Below, piece by piece: positions 15,001 to 26,243 of a DNA stretch of 64,000 nt (its first letter is position 1; each line of letters starts with the position of its first letter). The notes beneath the pieces were generated by a model. That model did not search any database. It saw only the letters and a program-made list of their open reading frames with translations, and had not been told where the DNA came from. Source of the DNA: Octopus vulgaris (taxonomy: Eukaryota); NCBI GenBank assembly GCA_951406725.2, contig OX597826.1, positions 35,526,001 through 35,590,000 on the forward strand. The letters run 5' to 3'. The translations under genes and the position numbers were made by a program.

Positions 15001-16549
15001 ATATAATACAATAAGGATATAATAAAAATTTTCGGAGACATCGGCAGCCTCTACTGAGATATGTTCTGGTATATCTGGATTCTGAAAAGATGTCTGTTAA
15101 GTCCATAGTGATTAGAATGTTCTGGTACATTTGTGATTATTGTATTAAATAAAATGGCTTTACTCTCACTCTTTTAAAATTTAATCTAATTTGATTGATT
15201 ATGTGGAACACCTTACAGACATTGCTTTCATAGGTTCATCAAAATAAAACTTGAAAAAAAAAACATAATTCCTGTAAAATTCGAAAGAAAGAAAGAGAAA
15301 GACAGAGAGAGGGAAAGAGTGGGAGAGAGAGAGAATTTATTGAGAAAGGGGAAAAATATACAATGAAAATCAAAGTTGAGTTTTATATTGAATATTAATG
15401 TTGAAGTCAATGCCAAGAGTTGTTTGCCTGTAATAAAAGGTAGAAGTAGAGGTGGGAGGAGAATCTTGGCAGATTGTTCGCTTAGGGCTCTTAATTTGCA
15501 TCACAAACGAACATGATTATTCTTACCCTGCAATAAATTAATCAGAGAAATAAAACATATTCAACTTCCATTTTCAATATATTCAAAATGGTTACCAAGA
15601 AAATATTTTTGACATTGAGTGGGATAATTTAAATGATGAGATGAAGTTCATTTAGCTGCAAGTTGTACTCTGATTACAAGAGCAGCAACGAATCATACAC
15701 GATTTTTTTTTCAAAATGAGATGAAAAAATTTCAGAAAATTACCAGACAAACAATGATGAAAAATTCATCACTGAAAAATTCCATCTTATCTTGAATAGG
15801 AGCAGCTGCAAGAATGTGAAATGTTGCCATACAAAACTATACAAGCTCGATATTGATCAGAGAATATGATTGTGAAAGACAAGACCAGTTAATATCTCCT
15901 CTCTTACTAATATCACCATCCACCTTCATTTTAAAATCATATCAGTTCCAAGAATGAACTAAACAGAAATATTCACATTTAAGGAACAATAGTCTATGCG
16001 TTATATAAGTCTCACTTTTACGGATATGTTTGACCTTTGCTTCTGCATTTAATTAATGTATTCAAATGTCATATGAAGAGCATCCTGGTCTGGGACATCT
16101 TGCTATCATCGTCAACATAGCCGTCAGTTTAACATCCTCTTTTCCATGCTTGCATTGATTATACAGAATTAGTTTGAATCAGGTTTTCCACGACAACACG
16201 CCCTTCCTGTTGACAGCCATCACTTGTTTCCAAGCGAGTTAATATTTATCTTTTGACCGTACAGGTTTTCGCAGACAACAGGAAATGTATGACACAGCTT
16301 GAATGATGGTGATACATGCTTACGAACATCGTGCGATGTCAGCACAAGGAGACACAAATACAGACATACAGCTTTAAAATAATTTGCACCATTCACTGTT
16401 CTGTTAGGAAAATAAAACCCTAATTAATTCTGCCCCTTCAATTCGTCAATTGCAATATTTTATGGTTTTATGTCTTTGCAGCATTCAGTGGAGGTTTCAG
16501 ATGTATCAGTCGTGTATGAAATAACTGAGCTGGACTAAAATATAACAGG

Positions 16550-17500
16550 TGACTCCATTGATTACGATGAGGAGTGTTCTAGTCAATCTACTCCTTGGAA
16601 GAACCTGCTCGTGAAATTAATGCGTAAGTGACTGAGCACACCACAACCACACGTAGCCTTAATGTGGTTCTCAGAGCGGTAACGTGAAATGAATGAAGGA
16701 CACAGCATGCTGCGGGAAATTGAACTCACAACCTTACAAGAGTGAGTCAAATACACTAACCATAAAGCTATGCACCTTCACACTAAAATTCGATACAAAG
16801 AAGCAATATTTCTTCCATTATCTTAAGGAACTGGCAGAATTGTTAGCACACTTAGTTGCATTTCGCCTATTGGTACATTCTGAGTTCGAATGCAACTGAG
16901 GTCAACTTTACCTTTCATCCTTTTGGGGTCAATAAATCAAGTACCTGTTAAGTACTGGGGTCAATGTAGTCGACTAGTACCCTCCCCCAAATTTCAGGCC
17001 CTGTACCTATAGTATGAAGGATTATGTTTAGGAGCTGGCGGAATCACTAGCACGCTTAGCGGTATTTTACCCATCGCTACATTCTGAGTTCAAATCCCGC
17101 CGAGGCCAACTTTGCCTTTCATACTTTTGGGAGTCGATAAAGAAAGTACCAGTTGAACACTGGAGTCAATCTAATCGACTCATCCCCTCCCTCAAAACTG
17201 CTACTTTTGTGGCAAAATTTGAAACCAATATTTTAAGGCTTTTCTCAACCTATGCAATGTCACAGCAATGTATAATGATCTCAAATTTTAGTAAGAGGTC
17301 AGAAGATTTTGAGAGGAGGGGGGGGGGGGCAAGTCGATTACATCGTTCAAAGTACTTCACTGGTGCTTGTCTTATCAACCTTCAAAGGATGAAAAGGAAA
17401 GCCAACTTACACAGGATTTCTGCCTAAAACATAAACTCTGATGAAATAACATCAAACATTTTGTCTGGCATGTTAATGTTTCTACGAGCTCACTGCTTGT
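16550..17500. mobile_element. SINE cluster: family C (-), two family B (+), one family B (-)
   Basis: Repeated gagctggcagaat..ttctgagttcaaat..gtcaactttgcctttcatcc motifs. Confidence 0.75.
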
Positions 17501-17784
17501 TAGCATGAATAATGATAATGTTTTATTTTCAGTTATGAATTCAATGTATAAAAGTAATTTATTCAAGAATGAAACAGAAATAAAATTAAGAGAAAATAAG
17601 ACTCTGGCAGAAGATTAGAGAAGTTATATCACCATGATTGTGAAGAAGCATTGGTTATTAACAGTTTAGGGAATTTAATGCTTTGCCAGTATGTAAGTAT
17701 GTGTGTGTGTATGTGTGTATATGCATACATACATAAAACATAGGTAAAGTAAGTCAGAGGATAGGTAAAGTAACACAAGTTATA

Positions 17785-18070
17785 TTGATGGTGATGATGA
17801 TGCTGATGATAACTATGGCAACACCACTGATGGTGGTGGTGGTGGAAGTGAGGGCTGAAGAGGTGGTGCTGGTTGAGGTGAGCAAGTTAGTGGTGGGGTG
17901 ATAGGGGTGATGACTATAATGGTGGTGGTGGTGGTGGTGGTGGTGACAAGGATGGAGATATTGATGATAGCAATGATAGTAATGATGACTATGGTGCTGG
18001 TGATGTTGATGATGATGGTGGTGGTAGTAGTGGTGTTGTTGATGATAATAATGGTGCTGGTGGAGATGAT
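17785..18070. repeat. Degenerate (GGT/GAT)n trinucleotide low-complexity tract
   Basis: Direct inspection; source of the poly-His ORF. Confidence 0.9.
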
Positions 18071-18469
18071 GTTTTTGCTTCAAATTAAAACTTTCAACAC
18101 TTTTACAGATTTTAGCTTTCTTTTTCAATTTACTATTTTCTGTTTCATTTTACACAACTTTCTAATTAAGTCACATATCAATTAGGCAATTTTTTCACCC
18201 ATTTTTTAAAGAACTTACATTAATAATATTTATGGTTTCGTAACCAACTAAATTAATGCTACATCATGCACTATATATGCTGCACATACATTCACACACA
18301 CACACACACATAAACATGCATGCACACATATACAAGCGCATACAAATATGCATATATATATATATATATGTGTGTACATCACAAATGCATATAATTTCAT
18401 ACATCAAACACACATATGCATGTGTATATACATAAAGATGTGCATATACATAAATAGATGTGTCTATGC

Positions 18470-18541
<72 letters not shown>

Positions 18542-19779
18542 GTGTATATATATATAAATGTTTGTGTGTGTGTATATATGTATTATATGAATATATATGT
18601 ATTATACAAATATATATATATATACACACATGTATGTGTATGTGCGTATTTTTATAAACTAATGTACAAAGTGCATGTGTCAATCTTCAATGATGCATAT
18701 ATTTCTGTAAACATAATTTTAAATATCGAATACTGCATATGTTTGAACTTATAAACTAATAATTATATATATACAAACTGAATACGAGATCTTGTTGTGT
18801 CTTGAGAGGGTTATTATGCCAATGATATTAACACATGTGCTGGTGCAGTGAATGCCAAAGGATATATCTCTCTCAATTTACAAGTTTACATCTCTGTCTA
18901 TATGTGTATATATATATATACATATTATATTAGTAGGTATTTGATATGTACACACAAATATACATATATAATATATGTATCCATGCATATTTCTATATTT
19001 TTCTTGTTGCGTCTGAGTGGAAAGGGGTTTGTTATGTAGAAACATGTTTGCAGCGTAAGCTTGGTATTCTTGAAACAGCTGTCAAGATAAATTATCATAT
19101 AAATTTTCTGCTCACTTCATTTTACATACATACACTGTATGTTCAATCTTATGTAAGTATAGACATTAAGCTAGATACCATTCCTACTTCATATCTATCC
19201 AATACTGAGACATCCACACATACATTTCTATGTACATATAAATATATATACATATGCATACACACATACATATTTACATACATATACGTGTGTGTGTAAA
19301 AAATATATATAGATATATGTTGATATATACATGCATATATATCTTGGACTGTCCTGTCATTAGACAGTATATAAGGATTCGGAAATTTCTTGCCGAACAA
19401 CCACACAGATTATTTGTTTATAGTGATCAAATGTTTGTGTTTACATAAGCACACTCCATCCATTCAACATTACCTGTACAGGTTTAAAGGTGCCACATGT
19501 CAGATGTAGAAAGGATTGCAGAGCAACGTGAAATGAAATGCTTTGCTCAAGAACACAACACAATGCCCGGCCTGGGAATTGAACCCATGATCTAGCAATC
19601 TTGAGTGCAACACCCTAATCACTAAGCAATGCAACTTCACATGTATATATATATATACATACATATATAATGCATGTATATATATGTATGTATACATATA
19701 TATATCTATATAATGTATGTACATATATGTGTGTGTGTATAGATATATATGGATATAGATATAGATATATTAGAGATTC

Positions 19780-20850
19780 TACCTACAATCTGTAGAAAAG
19801 GCATAGGTAGAAACTCTATAAGATGTATCCAGTGTAAGCTATGGACACATAAGAGGTGCAGCAATGTCAAAGGAAGGCTAACTAGGAAGATGGTTTTTGT
19901 ATGTGGCATATGCTCAGGAGCAATAAACACTGAAAATGTGCAGAGAACAACTTCCGTCACTTTCCAGGGAGCAAACCTAGAAGTAGTTGATAGCTTCCAT
20001 TACCTAGGTGACCAAGTCAGTAGCAGGGGCGGGTGTGCTGAAAGTGTAACAGCTAGAGTTAGAATAGCCTGGGCAAAGTTCAGAGAGCTCTTACCTCTGC
20101 TGGTGACAAAATGTCTCTCGCTCAGAGTAAAAGGCAGACTGTATGACGCATGTGCATGAACAGCCATGCTACATGGCAGTGAAACATGGGCCGTGACTGC
20201 TGAGGACATGCGTAAGCTCACAAGGAATGAAGCCAGTATGCTCTGAGGGATGTGTAATGTCAGTGTACATACTCGACAAAGTGTAAGTACCTTGAAAAGT
20301 TGGACTTAAGAAGCATCAGTTGTGGTGTGCAGGAGAGATGACTGTGCTGGTATGGTCATGTGGCGAGAATGGATGAAGATAGGTGTGTAAAAAGTGCCAC
20401 TCCCTAGCAGTTGAGGGAACCTGTGGAAGAGGTAGACCCAGGAAAATCTGGGATGAGGTGGTGAAGCACAACCTTCAAACATTAGGCCTCACCGAGGCAA
20501 TGACAACTGACCAAGACCTTTGGAAATATGCTATGCCTGAGAAGACCTGGCAGAACAAGTGAGACCATAAACTCATGGCCTTTACCAGGGATGTAGCCAG
20601 CCCATTTATGCATACCTTTCCTTCTTTGGACACAAAACTCTGCTTGCAAAGACCTGTTGAGGCAAGTGAAATTGAAATTGAATTCAAAATCGAACCAAAT
20701 CCGACGACTGGCACCCATGCCAACCTCCCTTTATTGGACACTAAACTCTGCTTGCGAAGACCTGTTGGGGCAAGTGAAATCGAAATTGAACCAAATTCGA
20801 TGACTGGCACTTGTGTCAGTGGAGTGCTAACAGCTCCATCTAAGCAGGAT
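19780..20850 (+). mobile_element. 5'-truncated RTE-clade LINE (RT C-terminus with Cys/His finger, 3' UTR)
   Basis: LEVVDSFHYLG, RVRIAWAKFREL, KGRLYDAC, LHGSETW and GRGRPRK.W motifs; stops and frameshifts; UTR has an internal ~105-bp duplication. Confidence 0.9.
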
Positions 20851-20982
20851 CATCAATTCCGTAAACCAGGAGAAAATTAAAAAAACATTTACCCTGTATT
20901 TCTTATACGATGCACCGTTTCATCTACTGTTTAATGGTAAACTAACCTGATTAAATTAAATCAAGCCAATCTACCATAGGCC
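20851..20982 (-). repeat. 132-bp inverted partial copy of the 490-bp unit
   Basis: Reverse complement of 21316-21447. Confidence 0.97.
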
Positions 20983-21292
20983 TGTTATTTCTAGTGGGTG
21001 AATGGCCTATTATGGCCGTTCCTTGATTGTGATGTTGAACTTAAAAATGGTTTATGACTATTTAATTTTTTCCCACTAGGCCGCTGGTGGCAATAAGATT
21101 CTACAAAATTTTTTTGCCACCCTATATTGATTAATTATGAATTTTCTGGTTAGTTCCGTAATGGAATCGGCGGCTTATATTTATTTGCTGCCGATAAATT
21201 TGGCGCGAGTGCGATGATTTGAAAATTTTAGGTCAGATATTGCCGAGGCAGGGATGAGAATGCCTCGTGAAAAATATCTGTTCCGACTTGGC

Positions 21293-21401
21293 TATTTCTT
21301 ACTGATGAATCTAAGGGCCTATGGTAGATTGGCTTGATTTAATTTAATCAGGTTAGTTTACCATTAAACAGTAGATGAAACGGTGCATCGTATAAGAAAT
21401 A
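21293..21401 (+). ncRNA. Type I hammerhead ribozyme (copy 1)
   Basis: Stem I tatttctta/taagaaata; CUGAUGA 21302-08; stem II atcta/tagat plus extended hairpin; GAAA 21377-80; stem III cggtgcatcg; GUA cleavage after 21392. Confidence 0.9.
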
Positions 21402-21782
21402 CAGGGTAAATGTTTTTTTAATTTTCTCCTGGTTTACGGAATTGATGTTATTTTGCGGTTGAAGCTTTTGGCTGTTATTTCTAGTGGGTGAATGGCCTAT
21501 TATGGCCGTTCCTTGATTGTGATGTTGAACTTAAAAATGGTTTATGACTATTTAATTTTTTCCCACTAGGCCGCTGGTGGCAATAAGATTCTACAAAATT
21601 TTTTTGCCACCCTATATTGATTAATTATGAATTTTCTGGTTAGTTCCGTAATGGAATCGGCGGCTTATATTTATTTGCTGCCGATAAATTTGGTGCGAGT
21701 GCGATGATTTGAAAATTTTAGGTCAGATATTGCCGAGGCAGGGATGAGAATGCCTCATGAAAAATATCTGTTCCGACTTGGC

Positions 21783-21891
21783 TATTTCTTACTGATGAAT
21801 CTAAGGGCCTATGGTAGATTGGCTTGATTTAATTTAATCAGGTTAGTTTACCATTAAACAGTAGATGAAACTGTGCATCGTATAAGAAATA
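21783..21891 (+). ncRNA. Type I hammerhead ribozyme (copy 2, G>T in stem III)
   Basis: Identical to copy 1 except at 21872; predicted cleavage after 21882. Confidence 0.85.
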
Positions 21892-22111
21892 CAGGGTAAA
21901 TGTTTTTTTAATTTTCTCCTGGTTTACGGAATTGATGTTATTTTGCGGTTGAAGCTTTTGGCTGTTATTTCTAGTGGGTGAATGGCCTATTATGGCCGTT
22001 CCTTGATTGTGATGTTGAACTTAAAAATGGTTTATGACTATTTAATTTTTTCCCACTAGGCCGCTGGTGGCAATAAGATTCTACAAAATTTTTTTGCCAC
22101 CCTATATTGAT

Positions 22112-22176
<65 letters not shown>

Positions 22177-22883
22177 GAATATGGACACATATCTGCAAAT
22201 AGAAATACACAAATTGCTATACACAGATGAAATGCATATGTGAATTGTTATAAACATGTTTACTAGTATTAATTATAATTGAACAGTAAATGGCTCATCA
22301 CATAAGACATCATAAGACTGGAAAAAGCAAAACAGGACAAATATACACACACATGCCTACATGTATGTACGTACATGTATGTACGTACATGTATGTATGC
22401 ATAAATACATATATATGTTTGTATGTGTATATATGTATATGTGTGTGTGTATATATATATATATATATAGATAGATAGATAGATAGATATTTATCTATAT
22501 ATATAAATATATACACACATACACATACATATATACATGCGTATGTAATAATGACACAGTTTTTCAGAAACATACTTGTCCATACATACATACAAATATA
22601 AATAAATACACACATTCACTATATATCTATGTATAGATATGCACACACACATACATACTCATATACAAAGAGTCACACACACACACATGAACTCTCTCAC
22701 ATGCACAATTTTACACACATAGACTTATATCTTCACACATGCTGCATAAACGTACAGAACTCTAAACTTATTAGCACACATATTAACACATTCTCTTCAG
22801 AATACCCATTCACCATTAATTTGCAAACATATATACACAGGCATGTCTATATATATAGACATACATATGTATGTGCATGTATG

Positions 22884-22919
<36 letters not shown>

Positions 22920-23089
22920 TATACACACATACATACACATGCATATATGCATGTATACATACATATAAACACACATATATACATATTTGTACATATATAC
23001 ATATCCATACATATATATATATGTATATATATATACATATATATATATACATATATATATATACATATTTATACATATATATTCATATG

Positions 23090-23121
<32 letters not shown>

Positions 23122-23149
23122 CACATATATATACGTATACATATATATT

Positions 23150-23203
<54 letters not shown>

Positions 23204-23450
23204 TACATATATATATATACATATATATACATATATGTATGTGTGTACAGTGTGTATCTGTATATCAATCAGTAAAAAAGCTACAATAGTGACTCAGTAG
23301 CAGTTAGTTTCATGTCTACCACTAATAAAACAAACACATGTACCCACAAATAACTACACATACAAACATGGAAACACACACATACATGTTTGCATATGTG
23401 AGTATGCATACATGCATATAGAAAACATGTATATATACATATATATATAT

Positions 23451-23481
<31 letters not shown>

Positions 23482-24008
23482 CATACACATACAGGTAGAA
23501 AATTAGTATACCCACACATATATAAGAATATATGCATATAGTATATATACATGTCTCTATGAATGTATGTGTATGTAGATGTGTATACAGGTTTGTGTGA
23601 GTGAGCATTTGTGTGTTTGTTATACATAAACAAGAACAAAAACAGCTGTAAAACACAGACTAATCAGTTAAAAGCAGATTTTTATATGAAATTTTTGTTT
23701 GTCAAATAAAATAAAACTTCTCTTTGATATTTATTTCTAGCAATCGTTTTAATAAATTGAACTGCAACAGTTGTACTATGATACATAGATATTCAATATA
23801 CATGTTGATATATACATTAGCACACACACACCCACATATATACATGTACACACACACATATATATACATATATGTGATAAATACATATCTATATCATATA
23901 TGCATACACACACATATGTATATATAGCTATATGTATATATATATTTATATGCATATGTATGTATATATGTAGAAGTGTATATGCATTTATAAATGTAAT
24001 TCTATGTA

Positions 24009-24069
<61 letters not shown>

Positions 24070-24569
24070 ATTTGTACGTATGTGCATAAATCTCTCTCTA
24101 CCTCTATCCATGTGTGTCTCTCTCTCACTTTCTCTTTCTCTCCACACCCACACATATATCAGAATATATATATATATATATATATATCTGTTGTGAAAAC
24201 TAAATTTTGTTGTTACATATTGTAATTTTTATTACTGTCTTTTTCGGGTTAGTGTTTGTTGTTAAAATTTTCAGTTACGTAATTAATAAAAATAATGAGC
24301 ATTATGTCAATGTTGATAATTATTGATACTATGTAACTAAAATCTGGAAAGTATTAAAAAAACTCATCTTTGCAAAACATGTGAAATTATTTTACACAGT
24401 ATAATTGTATAGAGTCTTCTTGAATATCTATCAGATTGCTTATTTACCCTGTCTGCATATCTGCCCATTGATCTATCCATCTTTCAATCCATATATAATA
24501 TCATCTGTCACTTTATGAGCCTGCCTCCCTCCTTGCTTTGTCTCTATCTATCTATCTATCTATCTATAT

Positions 24570-24642
<73 letters not shown>

Positions 24643-24659
24643 CATGAATATATGCTTAC

Positions 24660-24823
24660 ATAGGCGTAGGAGTGTCTGTGTTGTAAGTAGCTTGCTTACG
24701 AACCACATGGTTCCGGGTTCAGTCTCACTGTGAGGTACTTAGGCAAGTGTCTTCTACTATAGCCTCAAGCTGCCCAAAGCCTTGTGAGTGGATTTGGTAA
24801 ACAGAAACTGAAAGAAGCCCATC

Positions 24824-24903
<80 letters not shown>

Positions 24904-25135
24904 GTGCATGTGTATGTTTGTGTGTCTGTGTTTGTCTCCCCAACATTGCTTGACAACCGATGCTGGTGTGTTTACTTCCCCATAACTTAGCAGTTCAGCA
25001 AAAGAGACCGATAGAATAAGTACTAGGCTTACAAAGAATAAGTCCAGGGGTCGATTTGCTCAACTAAAGGTGGTGCTCCAGCATGGCCACAGTCAAATGA
25101 CTGAAACAAGTAAAAGAGTAAGAGTAAAAAGAGTA
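24660..25135 (+). mobile_element. SINE family A, full length
   Basis: Well-preserved consensus head, TA/TG core and tail. Confidence 0.9.
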
Positions 25136-25142
25136 TATATAT

Positions 25143-25520
25143 TCTTTATTCTTTTATTTGTTTCAGTCATTTGACTGCACCTGTGCTGGAGTACTGCCTT
25201 TAAATGAACAAATCGACCCCAGAACTTAGTCTTTGTAAGTCTAGTACTTATTCTATCAGTCTCTTTTGCCAAACTACTAAGTTACAGGTACATAAATACA
25301 CTAATTTCAGTTGTCAGTAGTGTGGGGATAAATACAGACACACAAACACATATATACCTACAACATATATCTATATCTATCTATCTATATATATATATAC
25401 GACACGCTTCTTTCAATTTCTGTCTACCAAATCCACTCATCAAGGTGACATATAGTGGGACTGAACCTGGAACCATATGCTTGGGATGCAAGCTTCTTAC
25501 CACACAACCATGCCTGTGCC
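25143..25520 (-). mobile_element. SINE family A, tail-to-tail with the previous copy
   Basis: Reverse complement of family A tail and head. Confidence 0.85.
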
Positions 25521-25690
25521 TATATACATATATATCTATACACACACACACATATGCAAGCACAAACACACACACATATATGTATGTATAAATGTATGTG
25601 TATTTTGCAAAGTGCATTATGGCCAATGTTTGTAACATTGAGGTCAGTCATGTGATTATAGGATGTATATGTATGTATATATGTCTATAT

Positions 25691-25979
25691 TATTTACATT
25701 ATTTACATTTGCCGGATATTTATCCTCATCTTGTTTGTTGTTAACACAACATTTCAGCTGATATACCCTCCAAACTTCATTAGGTGTCTTGGGGAAATTT
25801 CGAACCTGGGTTCTCCTTTCTTAGGTATTTTTCGATGTTATTATTATAATAATTATTATTATTATTCAGGTCACTGCCTAGAACCGATGCCCATGGGCAT
25901 ATGGCATAGTGGTTAAGAGCGTGGGCTACTAACCCCAAGATTCTGAGTTCGATTCCAGGCAATGACCTGAATAATAATG

Positions 25980-26063
<84 letters not shown>

Positions 26064-26243
26064 TTGAATAAAACCTTAGAAATGAGAACCCAGGTTCGAA
26101 ATTTCCCCAAGACATCTGATGAAGGCTGGAGGGTATATCAGCCGAAACGTTGTGTTAAGAACAACCAACATGAGGACAAATATCCGTTAAATGTAATAAT
26201 GTAAATAATGCACATAATTCCTCATCTCTTTAATATAGAACTG
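25691..26243 (+). mobile_element. tRNA-headed element with Penelope-type hammerhead tail, preceded by an inverted partial copy (25691-25886)
   Basis: A-box TGGCATAGTGG 25902, B-box GAGTTCGATTCC 25945, (AAT)n, then a ~180-bp tail; the tail is also present inverted upstream and at 46083-46200 and 49660-49828. Confidence 0.8.
26111..26156 (+). ncRNA. Minimal type I hammerhead ribozyme (Penelope-type)
   Basis: gacat CUGAUGA a ggctg(gagggtatat)cagcc GAAA cgtt gtgtt. Confidence 0.8.

Larger units (their letters stand above)
20982..22114 (+). mobile_element. 490-bp tandem repeat (2.3 units), candidate non-LTR retrozyme
   Basis: Units start at 20982, 21472 and 21962; only ~3 substitutions seen between full copies; one hammerhead per full unit; no long ORF; ends at (TA)n. 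Confidence 0.85.

Noticed and set aside
17754-18128. Poly-His ORF
   Set aside because: Low-complexity GGT/GAT tract with no domain or splice support
21466-21484. tttggctgttatttctag similarity to short motifs at ~7512, ~31097 and ~50035
   Set aside because: Too short and AT-rich to infer homology
20982-22114. 490-bp repeat as CRISPR, numt or coding VNTR
   Set aside because: No spacers, no mitochondrial gene similarity recognised, period not a multiple of 3, no ORF
25896-25965. Functional tRNA gene
   Set aside because: No proper acceptor stem and embedded in a repeated composite; it is a SINE head
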